Positions 31,016 to 46,169 of a stretch of 64,000 bases of DNA are shown piece by piece (the first letter of the stretch is position 1; every line of letters starts with the position of its first letter). The stretch is taken from assembly GCF_009914755.1 (NCBI RefSeq), contig NC_060929.1; one strand, written 5' to 3'. This DNA comes from the human T2T-CHM13v2.0 reference genome, Homo sapiens. The notes under the pieces were generated by a model. That model was given only the letters and a program-made list of their open reading frames with translations. It had not been told where the DNA came from and did no database searches. A program made the translations under genes and the position numbers.

Positions 31016-33180
31016 AAGTAAACCTTACCAATCCTTTAGGAATACTCATAAAGCCATTAATAAACCAAAGCCCATTATGATAACATCACACCTCTAGAGC
31101 TGTCATTCATTGGATGATTTTGATCTTACAGAAGACAACCAAGACCAAGAAGCATCTAAGTTGTCAAACCAAGCTCCAAAACTACGTGTCCAAACTCTTA
31201 ATTGTTATTCTTAACAGAGATTCTCAGTTCCTTATATAAAGCTACTAAATCTTACTTTATAAGCTTGGTTAAAAGTTGTAAAAAGCAAAATATTACTAGA
31301 AAGAAAAGGAGAAGAAATAAAAATATACTAAAGGGATATGAAATTATTTAAAGTTAAATGGTGGCTATTAAATATACATATACATCTATATATGTAAATC
31401 CATAAAGCCAATAGTAGTGTACAAAATGGCACAAGAATATATGCTGGTAATGATATCAAATAATTGATAACATTTGTCATCATGCTCTGTGTACTCTAAA
31501 AATAGAGGGACATCTGCAATACATTTTAGAAAAATGCCCATTAAAAATGCTAACATTTTTTGTTTTATGGGCTTCATTTCCATTGTGTACATGGTAATAA
31601 AAGATTTAACCCAAAAGTGTGACTCTAATCATGGCAATTTCAAACACAGTATAAAGTTGTCAGCTTTTTGGAGTTGTGGAACATATATTTCTTCTAGATG
31701 AGGTTTGCTTCTTTTACACATACAGCTTCCCTCAAAGTGTGACTGCAAGTAGACTATCTAAAGGACAGTGGAGGAGGATTGCTCTCAGAGAACAAAAAAT
31801 AATTATAAAATTCTTTATGTACAGTACAGAAAGGATTTGTCAGCATTTTAACCCCTGAATGTCATACAATATATCTATGAATCTCAACAACCAAGATTAA
31901 ACATAAATGCCATTAATGTTAATTTTATAAATTTGTTTTTTTACCTCAAATTCTAGTTCTTAGTTTAACTGAAGTCATATATAATACACAGAGAAAATAT
32001 TTTAATAAAGGAAAATGGATCCACAGATGATAATTTGCAAGAGATGGAAAGGAGATTATGATGATAACTTTGGTAGTGTTTTAAATTATTTTTTTAAGTT
32101 GACAGGAGAAAGGCTTGCCCTCTAATTCTCATGGTTAAGAGTTTGAAGAAAGCTGTACCTCTATCAGATAATGTAAAATCTAATGAAAGATTCTAGGATA
32201 TCAATGGACTATTTTATTGATATGAAATCTCAATCTAAAACTTTTAAAAGTTTCTTCATTTTCTTTACTATAACACTCCATCGTTTGGCTATATAATCTT
32301 CAATAATATTTGACTAAATTTTCATAAATTTTAAAAAATCTATTTTATAGTCCTTCAGAGTTAAATGCATAATCAACCAGTTTGCTTGCAACATGCATCT
32401 AAACCAGAATGAAGAGCCACATTCTTTGGTCTATTTCATGTTCTCTCCATCTTGATCTTAATTGCATTATTGCTAATATTAGTATATTAATTTTTTCATC
32501 TTACATTATTTTAAGTGGTGCAGAAATGTGTAATAAAACACTCAAATGTATCTGCAAACAAGTTCTATTTTTATATAATGATGGTTGCTTGACGGAGGCT
32601 GAAAAAGTTGACTAGTAGGCAGAGAGGGATGACAGTGCTTGATATTCACTTGCTGGATGAAAGTCTAAAAGAAATAAGAAAAGTGATTTAAAGGTAGCAG
32701 AGTAAAAGTTGAGGTCCCATAATACACATAGATGAGATGGGTTCTAGAAATAGCCTGCCTGTATATTTTGATTAAAGAGTAAGGTTTAAATATCCTGGCT
32801 GTTGAGAGAAGAAAAACTAAACACACACACACTTGTTGAAAGGTGTGGAAATCTCTGGTTTAGAATTTGATATCAGTTCCAAGAAAGTGGCATCTCTTAT
32901 AGAATACTAGTAAGCTATACCACATAGTTTGATTCTGAACTTGGCATAGATATGTGACATGGGAATAAATGTACACGTGCAAACCAGCTCATTTGATGAG
33001 GTCAAAATGAAGCCTTTTGACTAAAACCACCAGCTTTTGACCAAAGGTAAGTTGTCCTTTCCCACTAGCTTTTTATCCAGTACTACCACCTTATTTTGGT
33101 TCCTCATTCTGGTGGACTGTGGTCATTAGTAAAATACTGTCATCAAGCAGAAATCAATGAACCCCACTTCAAGCAGTTGA

Positions 33181-34685
<1,505 letters not shown>

Positions 34686-36529
34686 TCTGTATTATATTGC
34701 TTAAAAGAAAGTCAAATTCCTACCTTTTTGGACACAAGACCCCAGGGCAGAGTTCTTATATATTCTATATTTCCCATCCAACCACTTAGGACTAATAACT
34801 TCACAAATTTGATTATTAGGTCTTACTTGTGTCTCATTGATTAATCTTTAATTTTTTAACTTATTCAGCCAATAATGGAAAATTGAAATGACAGCACTAT
34901 GGCACAGGCATCCAGTCACTGCAACTCTTTTTGAGTCACTTCAACTCTTTTGACTCCTTAAACAACTGCCTTGACTCTACCAGAACTAACTCAGGCACTT
35001 CTGTGCAGACAAAGCCCAAGAGGCCATAAATGACCTTTTATAGCAGATATATTCTGCTTCAGGATATATCTTTATATTCTCTTTAACATCAATTCCTGCT
35101 CAGGTCAAGCTCAGAGAGAAGAGAAGAGAGGACATCTAAGAGACACTGTCTGACTTTTACATTTTTTTCCTGGCCCACATTCACTTCATTTATATATCGG
35201 ATATGTTAACTAAAAGTAATTTTCATAATCATATAAGCTGGGGACCATGATAAATTTTAATACATATACATTCCACATTACATTTTAGATGGAAGGGCTG
35301 CCCTAAATTTGCTTACATTTCTTTCAATCCTTATGAGGCAACATACACAAAGCATTTGGAGATTATTGTCAAGCCTCTTAGGGTTGAGGCTCTTCCAGAA
35401 TAAAATGAAGAACAAATCCCCTTAGAGAAGGCACAGGTTCACCATAAGCTAAGAGAATCTGCCTTAGGGCAGAGAAGAAAAGTTAGCAGGTTTAGTTCCC
35501 CATTAAACCTGAAGTAGGGTTAAATGAGCTAGAAGAAGCTGTTGAACTGTAAGGCTGCTGTGAGATAAAGACAGCCACTGCTACATCTTACCCTGTAGAA
35601 ACCTTGAAAGCATAATTCTGAGCTGTCCCCTCACTCACTTACTGATCTGGCAGCAGGCCCATAACTAGCTCTAGGCTCAGCCCTGTACTTTGAAGAGTTT
35701 GAAAGAAATATGAGAAAGCCTTGCTCTCCAAGGACCTTAGAGACTCACCTTTACTTCCTTCATGGTCTGCCACCCGATGATAGTAACCAGAATAACCTTG
35801 ATAAGAAGGTTTAACTACTCTGAAATACCTGCTGAGAAGTTAACAGTAAGTTGAAGCTAAATCACTGCATATTTTTAAATTGAAATATGCATGAAAAGGA
35901 AGATAAGTCTGTGCTGCTTAGGATAGTGTAGATAGCCAGGATAAAGAAAGATGAGAAATTCAGATATATCGCTCAATCATTGGCAGTGTTTCTGAAGACA
36001 CAGAAATCAAATGGCATGTGAACCAAAGGGCGCTAATGTTTCACCTTAAAGTGGAACCAAATCAGAGACTGAAGATGAGGCAGGCAAAAATTTTCTAAGA
36101 CCACACAGCTAAGAAAGGGAAACTTGAATAACGGGCATTGTTTGGGTGTTTTAAATACATATTCAGTTGTTTGAATTACGATTGGAGCAAAACATATCAG
36201 GCTGAAGAATCTTACAGCCACAAAAAGGCTAAAGGGAAAGGAGAGGATGAGTGTTTTTTTCAGAACTGCAAACTGGAACATGGGTCATCCAAACCTGATG
36301 AAACTAGGGTAACCATAATGGGCAGAGCTATAAAGGAGCGGTTAAAAAATATAGTGGATGAAAGCCAGCAGAAACCAAGATCAAGAACTGAGTGCATGAC
36401 AGGGCTACGTAAATGAGTAACTTCCCTGTTCTGGGTAACAATAAAGGTTAAAGCAGAGAAACTACTTTAAAAGCATACAGTAAAATTTCAGTCATCCTTC
36501 ATATGCCTATAGTGAATTATGTTTTCCAA

Positions 36530-36720
36530 AGCACATTCACATCCCTTGACTGTGTTCTCATAACTACAGTAAGGTGTATTATCCATGCTTTACAGATAAG
36601 GAAGTTAAAGGTCATGAACGCCACGTAATTTATACTGTGTCACACAGCTAGTTAGCGGCAGAAGAGGGTGGGAAATCTCTTAATCTCTTTCTCCAGTACT
36701 CTGTCTAATATATCATGCTG
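36530..36720 (-). mobile_element. MIR
   Basis: TATTATCCATGCTTTACAGATAAGGAA...GTCACACAGCTAGTTAG. Confidence 0.7.
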
Positions 36721-36879
36721 CATCTTCCTAGCAAACAGAGTCATGATCCACAAGCCCATTTTTGCAATCTGGGAAAAAGTCTAAAAATGTTCCACAAGCC
36801 CCACATGGGCAGGCTCCTTCCCACTCTGTGCCAAATATCCCCACACCACTGTCTCAGGTGATGCCATGCACTGGACTTG

Positions 36880-37575
36880 CTGCAGGGCTTAGCACATGAT
36901 ATTCCTTCTGCCTAGAAAAGGGATCCCTCCGTATTTCTCCTAGTTCATGGTGACTCCTCTTTCAGCCTAAATGTAATTTCCTTCAAGGAAGTCTCCCCTG
37001 AACTCTAAGCTGCCTTAAATGTTTCTATGTGATATGGTTTGCTTGTGTTCCCACCCAAATCTCATCTTGAATTCCCACATGTTGTGGGAGGGACCTGGTG
37101 GGAGGTAATTGAATCATGGGGGCAAGTGTTTCCTGTGCTGTTCTTGTGATAGTGAATAAATCTCACGAGGCCTGATGGTTTTAAAAAGAGGAATTCCCCC
37201 ACACAAGTTCTCTCTCTTTGACTGCTGCCAACCATGTAAGATGTGACTTGCTCTTCCTTGCCTTCCACCATGATTGTGAGGCTTCCCCAGCCACTGAATT
37301 TAATTAAACTTCAGTTTAATTAACTGAAGTCCAATTAAACCTCTTTCTTTCGTAAATTGCCCAGTCTAGGGTATGTCTTTATCAGTATCATGAAAATGAA
37401 CTAATACACTATATTATATTACTCTATAAACACTTCGTATCATAACATTGTTTTATTTTACATTTCTTTAGATCAATAATTGATCAATCATCTACTCTCC
37501 CATTAGTCTAAAAGTCTGCTTTGCTCACTTTTATATAGTAGTTATTTACTAAAAAGTTGTTGATTAAGGAAATGA
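36880..37575 (+). mobile_element. L2 3' fragment interrupted by THE1B
   Basis: TTCCTTCTGCCTAGAA...TCCTTCAAGGAAGTCTCCCCTGA, and tail-like TTGTTGATTAAGGAAATGA. Confidence 0.5.
37030..37408 (+). mobile_element. THE1B-like solo LTR
   Basis: TGATATGGTTTG...CTAATACA, TSD CTATG/CTATA. Confidence 0.92.
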
Positions 37576-37669
37576 CTGCTGGACTTTCTTCTCATATGGA
37601 AAGAAATCACTAATTTTCTGAAATAATTTATTCATGTTGAATATTATGTCTAGGTCATGTCCTCATGTG

Positions 37670-37825
37670 TGGCAATTACCTGGTGTGCTTGCAAATATGT
37701 ATCCCAATTCCCAGAGATTTAGATTTGGTTTATATCAAGTGGATCCCAGAAGTATTCATTTTTACATTAAGCCTCTCAGGTGTTTCTGCTATGCATAGTC
37801 CACAGACCATACTTTGAGACACACT
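37670..37825. mobile_element. MER5-like hAT MITE
   Basis: ATTACCTGGTGTGCTTG...CCCAGAGATTTAGATT...CAGGTGTTTCTG...GACCATACTTTGAGA. Confidence 0.65.
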
Positions 37826-39509
37826 TCCAGGGTAAAGATGTTTCCAAAGAAAATGAGTACAAAACTGTTCTATCTTTAGGCTAGATTCAATGAAAGACAA
37901 TTGATATGAAGGATAAAGCATGGATATATACAGAGACAGAGACAGGGATAGAGACAAAGACAAAGATAGAGATAAAGAATAGAGACATAGAAAGATAAAT
38001 AAGTGATCAAAATCTAAAAGGATTCAGAACAGCTCTAAAAAAAGAGGCAGTTAAATCACGAATTATAACAGTATATCTTCATTGTCTCTTCAGTACAATC
38101 TGGTTTTCATGAGAATCCATGTGTACATCTGCTTGTATATTTTTGAATGCCTCTTCTTTCTCTAGAAAATACAAAGAACAGGGGAAATGTAGTGGAAATT
38201 AACAAAAGGTGAGTTTTTCTGGGAGCAGTTCCAATTTGAAAGGCTTATAGTGTCTTCATAGGCCAGGTGGTCTTAAAAACAACAGCAACTGCATCAACAA
38301 AAATCCTATTTTTGTAGGAGAAACTGAATAATTCCCTATGGAAAAAAGTGGAGGTAGCATTCAAATTTAGTTAGTGCCTGGACATTTTGGTACAGATTGC
38401 TGGGACGCATTATCCTTACTACCAGTAGCTTGACCTCAAGGTATTTCCCCAACCTATAACTTCCTGCCCAGATGGGGAAGACCCTGACTCTTATTTCCTC
38501 CTACAGGTTCTCTGACTTAGTATCGATGCAAGCCCTCTTTCATTCATGAAAGCAAATGATAAAGAGATTAGAATCCTGCAAAACAATCTTCCCCACCTTC
38601 TTCTCACCTCCAAGAAATCTTTTTCTGCAATTCATTTTTCAACTGATCTTAGTTATCCTAGGGTCACACAAAAAAGACTAAAGAGACTTTACTAACACAT
38701 TAGTTAAATAAGTTTTCTTATCTATTTTCTAAGTCCAGAAAAATTTCCCTAAGTAGAAACCCATAGGATCTCTATTTCCAAGAGGCAATTCTTCATTACC
38801 ATTAAAACTTTTAGTAAAACTACCTTATTTGCTATTCTGAGCCAGGCATATCTTCCCTAGAGAGTCTATGAAGTAGTTCCTGTTTGCTATCAGATACTTT
38901 TAGAATACTGGTGAGGTAAAACATGCCTCAAAGTGAAAAGATTCATATTGAAATAATTGCTTCATACAAATGGCTAAGATTCATTTCCAAAGCTGATTTA
39001 AGCTGACTTCCCAATTGCTATTCTCTGTCAGCTCCACTATAACATCTCTGTTCCTTTCCCATGATCAACAGCCATGGAATGAGTTTCACTGCTGTGGTTA
39101 TAACTTTTAGACAGTGGAAATTGCTGAGCAAAGGTGTCCTTCAACAATCTCCAGTTAAAGAATTTGTTTGTTAGAACTGGTTAGGACAAACACTGTCAGT
39201 GCCAAGGTCTTATACAATGAAACTCCTTCCCATTTCCTCCCCGTGAATGGCATGCAAAGGTCAAGCATTTAACCACCTCTGGAATTCCAATTGTTGAACA
39301 CCATCAAATATGTTGGCAATGATCACACCATTAGGTCTTCTTCCTCTCTTTCTCTTTAGCTATCTAGATGTATCTTCACAGAGTTTTGGCATTATGTTAT
39401 TTAGAACAGATAAAATATGATTTAGCTAAGAAATTAGTGTTTGAAGTTTCAGAAAGGGATTGTCTTACCAGAGGAAAGTAAATGTATTGGAAAAAATAGT
39501 CAGTTGACA

Positions 39510-39995
39510 ACTGAAGTGTAGATTACTCTCACATGTAAGGGGTGGGATATTAGGAAGAGTCTCAACAGGAATTGGATGTCATATTTAAAGGAGTGACTGA
39601 GAAGACTATAAAAATGGGGGAAGGGTTAAGGAAAAATCCTAAGAGATGGTTTTCCTGAAGATTATACAGGAGGAAATAAATGAGTAGAGGGAAAATGCAG
39701 AGCCTAAAACCCAAGAAAAGCTGAAGCATGGGACAAGGGTCACCCTCCAGGAAAAATGGAGGGACACAGCCATTGTCAGTCCAATAGAGAAAGCCAGGGG
39801 AATAAATACCCAGGCCATTCTATCTTCATGGCCTCTAGTTTATCACCAACATCTCCCATTGGGTGAACCCAACTGGACGCCTGAGTACAAGATAACTTCG
39901 TTGATGCAGTCCATACAGGTCAGCTACCTGGTCTGAAAGTATGGCAGAGAAGAGTGGATACTGGTTCTGGAAGTAGAAACAAATTATCCAGGAGA
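39510..39995 (-). mobile_element. LTR33-like ERVL LTR
   Basis: GGAATAAATACCC...CTCCCATTGGGTGAACCCAACTGGA...TTGATGCAGTCCATACAGGTCAGC. Confidence 0.7.
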
Positions 39996-40685
39996 AAGAA
40001 AACAATCTCTCTCTTTTTGTATTTAGTACCCCTCTTACTAAATCCTTTACTTTACAATTTCTCCAGTGTCATAACTAAATCTTTTCACTACACACGCACA
40101 GCACAAACTTAGATACTATTGGCATATTTGGGAAGGATGGAACTGAGCTTTTTTTTCAGAATTAAGTTTATTTTTAAAGAGAATGTATTTTATATTTAAC
40201 TTCATGCACAAAATCTTGATTTTACAAGAAAATTTTCTCAAATAAGTACAAGACACTTTAATATTTTGTTTAAAGTACATAAGTGGATGAATGATAAATT
40301 TGTATACTAAAAGCAGACATTAAAAGTTTGGAAATTTCAAACATTTTTATGTAGTAAAGCATGTAAAATATCCAGTTTTTATAAAGTCTGAAATTTATTT
40401 TAGATTCATTTCAAAAGTGAAAATTGTTACAAGAACCAAAAAAATGGAAATTATTAATAAGTTCCACTGCCACCAGCATTCTCTCATTCGCTATTTCTTG
40501 AAGTAACCAGTGATAACACCATGGTGTTTGTCCTTGCATGCATTACTTCATCCTCATTAAAATGCATATATATGTAATACGTATTATCCCTCAAGTTGTT
40601 TTTTGTTTTTCTTTACTTAAAAAAATGCAGCAATTCTGCAAGGTCAATAAATGTGGATGTAGTTATGAGTCCTTTTTAATAGTAG

Positions 40686-40993
<308 letters not shown>

Positions 40994-41204
40994 AAGTTTC
41001 ATAACATTAACGCATTATAATTTGCTCCCCAGTTCTATTATTGATAAATATTCAGGTGATCCCCACCTCTGGCCATATATACAGAATTCTAATCAAGTTA
41101 GAGTGTTGTTGAAGAACCAGTTGTGTCAACACCAGAGTGTATTAGAATATTTAATCTGTCTCACTGATTTATTTGCTTTTAAGAGACTGCATAATATATT
41201 TATC

Positions 41205-41705
<501 letters not shown>

Positions 41706-41759
41706 AAATAAATTCTAATGGCATACCTTTCTACTTCTGTTCTAGTAAATTTTTAATAT

Positions 41760-42235
41760 CTGATAACACTAGTTTCCTTCACCAGTACTCCTTATTCTAA
41801 ATTGTCTTGGCTACTCTTAAGCAATTATGCTTCCTTTCATATGTACTTTAAAACACTTTTGTCTTAACCAGTTGGAATTCTGATTGGAATTGTCTTAGAA
41901 TATTATATTAATTTGGAAAGGATTAATATTTTATTATATTTTAAAAAATACTTTTGTCTTAACCCATTGGAATTCTGATTGGAATTGTCTTAGAATATCA
42001 TATTAATTTGGAAAGGATTAATATTTTATGATATTAAATCTTCCATCCAAGAACACAAGTTTCATTTATTCAGGTCTGATTTTATGTTTTAAAGGTGTAT
42101 TTTGTAACTTTCTTCATTAAAGTTCTGCTCCTTTCCTGCTAAATTTTCTTCCTATGCATGTTATAATTTAGGGGACTTTTGTGAATAAGATGATTTTTCA
42201 TTTCTGTGTTTTAAAATTTTTATTGATTTTGAAAT
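41760..42235 (-). mobile_element. Old L1M ORF2 fragment containing a 95-bp tandem duplication
   Basis: GGAATTCTGATTGGAATTG...TTAATTTGGAAAGGAT...CTTCCATCCAAGAACA is the typical antisense L1 ORF2 pattern. Confidence 0.7.
41848..42035. repeat. Tandem duplication, period 95 bp, 2 copies
   Basis: ACTTTTGTCTTAACC..TTGGAATTCTGATTGGAATTGTCTTAGAATAT.ATATTAATTTGGAAAGGATTAATATTTTAT starts at 41855 and again at 41950. Confidence 0.95.
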
Positions 42236-42354
42236 AGATAATATATATACAGCTCAAAATTCAAAATGCACTCAAGAATGTACAGTGAAAGGCTTCCTCT
42301 AATCCCTTTCCCTAGTTTCCTTTCTCCTATTGTTTTTATTTTTTAATTTTTTTA

Positions 42355-42622
42355 ATATTTATTTATTTATTTTGAAATGGAGTCTCACTCTGTCGCCCAG
42401 CCTGGAGTGCGGTGGCATGATCTTGGCTCACTGCAACCTCCACCTCCTGGGTTCAAGTGATTCTCCTGCGTCAGCCTCCTGAGTAGCTGGGACTACAGTA
42501 TTTTTAGTAGAGAGAGGGTTCCACCATATTGGCCAGGCTAGTCTTGAACTCCTGATATAGTGATCTGCCAGCCTCGGCCTCCCAACATGCTGGGATTACA
42601 GGCGTGAGCCACCAAACCCAGC
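42355..42622 (-). mobile_element. AluS (Sc/Sg-like) with an internal deletion of about 30 bp
   Basis: GGGACTACA is joined directly to GTATTTTTAGTAGAGA. (ATTT)n tail. Confidence 0.9.
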
Positions 42623-43099
42623 ACTTTCCTGTGGTTTTTAAAAGGCCCTTTCACAACTTTAAAAGTAAATAGGTTTGATCTTCATATCATAGAAATGCAT
42701 TACATGCAAAAATGATATATAGGGCTTTCAAACTACTGCCCTTTAATTATACTTGGATTTCAACATAGCCATCATCTTTTGTGGTTCAACATTTTCTCTG
42801 ATTTACTGAAAATATTTGTTACTTAATGTAGGATGTTTTCATAAACTTATCTTCATGAGCAAACATCTACTCTTTGATGAGTAAACAACGGCTTGCAATG
42901 TCATTATAAAATGTCAGTGAAGGTTAGAAAGAATATAAGGTAAATAAGCAATATTTGCATCAATGTCTAAAATGGCTTTAGTGAAATAACACTACTCAAA
43001 AATTGTCACACATTCTAACTAAGAAGTGTCATGCTAGAAGAATGCTTTTTTAGGTTCCTACCTCTGCAACTCTTTTCCATAAACAGATAGGATTATTTG

Positions 43100-45768
43100 G
43101 CCTCATTTACACAGAAACAGTCTTTTCCATCTTGGGACTATTCCTGTCTGAGGTTGGATATTGTATGCATTGCAGCCCCACATCTCTCTCTTCCCTAAAG
43201 CAAAACTGTCCTTCCCCACCTCTCCTAGCTAGGTTAATACCTACACCATGTACCAGTTCCCCAGCTGGGAAACCCTGGTAGTGGAAGCCCAGCTCACAGT
43301 GAGCCCAGAACCAATAGAGACCACCAAGCCCTGTGCTTTCTTCTTTATGGTGGTGAAGGCATGTTACGGCAATTTGACTTCTATTTCTTATGGAGTATCA
43401 GAGCATGCTGTTGACCATGGTCTCTTAAGATCTTCACTGAATAGCAGGTACCTGAATCTTCAAAAGGTTTATATGCCACCCTTCACAACATGTGTATCTT
43501 CCCAAGGCTTCCAGCATATTAGTCGCCTCTTGCTCATCTTGCCCAATTAGCATATATCATTGATAGGACAGATCTGTGTGAGGTTCTGTGGCATATCCAG
43601 GCCATCCAGATTACTTAGGTCATATGATGAGAAAAATCAGACTTAACAGGGCCCTAAGGCAATACTGCAAATGAATATTACCATCTGCTTCACATAAATG
43701 TAAACAGTTTCTGATCCTTTCTTCTGATACAGACAGAAAAGAATGTGTTTTTTACATGAATGACTGCATATTACATACCTGATGTCTTATTAACCTGTTC
43801 TAGCAACAATACCCTTCTTGCTACCCAAGCGCTGCACTGTACCAGGGCTATTACACAGTTTAGTTGCTGTAGTCTTTAGTTATTCCCCAGGATCCAACCA
43901 GTTTCTGCGAGGCCAGACTGGCAAAGTTAATGAAAATAAGATAGGGAACACTATCTCTGCATCTCTAAGGTTCTTAACTGGAGACACCTAGCTCTGCTAT
44001 CTCACCCAAGTGTCATGTTTTTGATTTACTCTTTTAACCACAGTGGGGGGCAGTTTCAGCATTTTCTGCTTGACTTTCTCCACTATGGTGACTCTTACTG
44101 CATAGGCAAAGGACCAAACTGTGTGTTGGGGTTTGGAGGAAGAAAAGTGTAACTCCAATGTGAAGTATAATAACCATAACTATACATTCAGGTAATGGAG
44201 GGATAATCATAATATGCTCACTGGGAGTTGAACTTAAACCATAATTCCAGAATTCCTTCTTTCTATTGTTGTTGTACATGTTAAGCAGCACATTTGTTGG
44301 TTGTCCCTCTCTGGAGGGACATTCCGTATGCCTCTGGAATTAACACACTCTATCTACCAGCTCTGCAACTCCCTGTCAGTCAACCTTTCTTAGCTGCCTC
44401 TATAACTTTGCCTCTCATGATAATTTCATTATCATGGCTCCTATCAGTTAAGTGCTGCCAACTCGCTTTTATTGTTACAGATCCCACCATTCCAATGATA
44501 TTAAGCCCAGCTCTGTGACCATCTCCACTACCACCAGGCCTGGCCTGCAAAAGAGAGCCATTACCCCCCGCACCTTCTTCTGGTAGTCTTGACTGGTGTC
44601 CTCACCAGTGCATTCTTGATGGTTTTGGTGAATGGTATGTCCTCTAGACCCTTGTGAAATATCAAATTCTGTTGGCTTTTCTGGCCTCATATAATATAAT
44701 ATATCCATTCTGGTATGCCCACTTTCTGGAACCTCTTCATTCCTTTATATGTTGTCTGACAGGGCATTTTGGGCAGTTCTATTTTGTTCAGCATTGGTTA
44801 TTATTTCTTGCAGACCTATAAGAGCCACGCTAGCAATGACTGTGATCTATCGCTTGAGGCTTTGCCAGGGTGATAAATCCTGTGTCTTGAGAAACTAACC
44901 CTAAGTCAATAAATTCTTGCTTATCTAGTTTTACATTCTGGCCCCCTTGATCATGTACCCTCAACATCCCAGTGGTATTCCAATGGATTTTGCCAATACA
45001 ACATAGCAAATTCCTGTAGCTCCTTCTATGGTAATCTTTTTTCTCCCTTTTCAGATCCAGCACTTCCCCAGGCAGACCTTGCCAGTTATTGACTTAGCAG
45101 CCAAGAAAGGAAGTGGGGGGCAATTCTTACCCGCCTCTTACTTTCCCTCTTACCAGGGAAGTGTAGTCATCTTTTTAATCTGTGAGGGTTCAGAGGAGTC
45201 TGCAGAGCCAGCATCCTCAGGGTTATCCATCCAAATGTCCCCATCCAGTATTTCACAGTCTCAGGTTTGCCCAAACAGGGTCTGTTAGTGTAAGAGTTCT
45301 GCCTTGGTTGAACACCCAAACACCTTTGTAGTTAAGCAACTCTAACTACCATTTACGGCTCAACTGTATCAGAAATCTCATAAGATATGGGGCTTTTTGT
45401 TATTTACCAATGAGGCACTCTGGCCCTCAAAATTAACCGGTGACTACATATTAATGGATCTCAGTTTCTCATTAGCTTTGTGCAAGGCAATTTAGTAGTA
45501 AGCAATTAGCTCTGCTATCCCCATCACCACCAATGTCTTTTAAATTCCTGAATTACTACACTTGCAAAGGCATTCCTCTCTACTAATGAGGTTTTTTCAG
45601 GTCATCACCAGTGAAATTTGTAGTGTTGTACCACTACCAAGTGCCAGGTCTATCTACATCCCACATTTCACTTAGGACAGCATCCTCTTTGCTTACCAGG
45701 CAGTGAGAAAACTAGTCCCAGATTCTCATCATACCACCTGTGTGGTCAAACCACTTCTGGCACCACTT
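43100..45768 (-). mobile_element. ERVL-class internal region (HERV16/ERV3-16A3-like) with decayed gag and pol
   Basis: Minus-strand gag-like LRVHDQGGQNVKLDKQEFIDLG (44830-45063). RT-like DQKLFTF..YSFAVLP*G (about 43640-43720) and a frameshifted Y(I)ND(I)MLIGQDEQE (about 43520-43570). Confidence 0.8.
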
Positions 45769-46160
45769 GTGTTAGCTGAGGATTTCTAAGAAGCAAATGT
45801 CAAGATGTGACCAGATATAAAATAGATTTATTGGGGAAACCTATCTTTGAGGGAAAATATAGAGAAAGCCTTAGGAGGCTGGGAGAACCATCAGACTAGG
45901 ATGCATGTCTGGCCCCTATGAAGAAGAGAGGGAAGAAAAAAAAGCCAGACTGCAATGAATTTCCACAAAAGTTTCAGCAAGTCTCATAGAAAATCCTTGA
46001 GCCAAAGTCACCTGCAGAAAAGTCACACATTTCCCAGGAATAGGCCTGCCTTAGTATCTTCTCTGTGCTCAATCACTGGCTGAAAGAAGCCTGTGGGAAG
46101 TCAGACTTTAGCATGAAGGTGGTGGTTAATTCAGAGGGCAGCAACTGGAACCTTTTATGG
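45769..46160 (-). mobile_element. LTR16-family LTR (5' LTR of the adjacent ERVL)
   Basis: TGTGTTAG...AGAAGCA...GATTTATTGGGGAAAC...TCCTTGAGCCAAAGTCACC...GCCTGCCTTAGTATC...GTGCTCAATCACTGGCTG. Confidence 0.75.
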
Positions 46161-46169
46161 CCATGATAG

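Noticed and set aside
27001-33052. Isolated perfect donors CAG|GTAAGT (about 27011) and AAG|GTAAGT (about 33046)
   Set aside because: No convincing upstream acceptor or TSS; expected by chance in 64 kb.
36138-36416. 92-aa plus ORF in unique DNA
   Set aside because: Non-ATG start, no splice context or homology; length compatible with chance.
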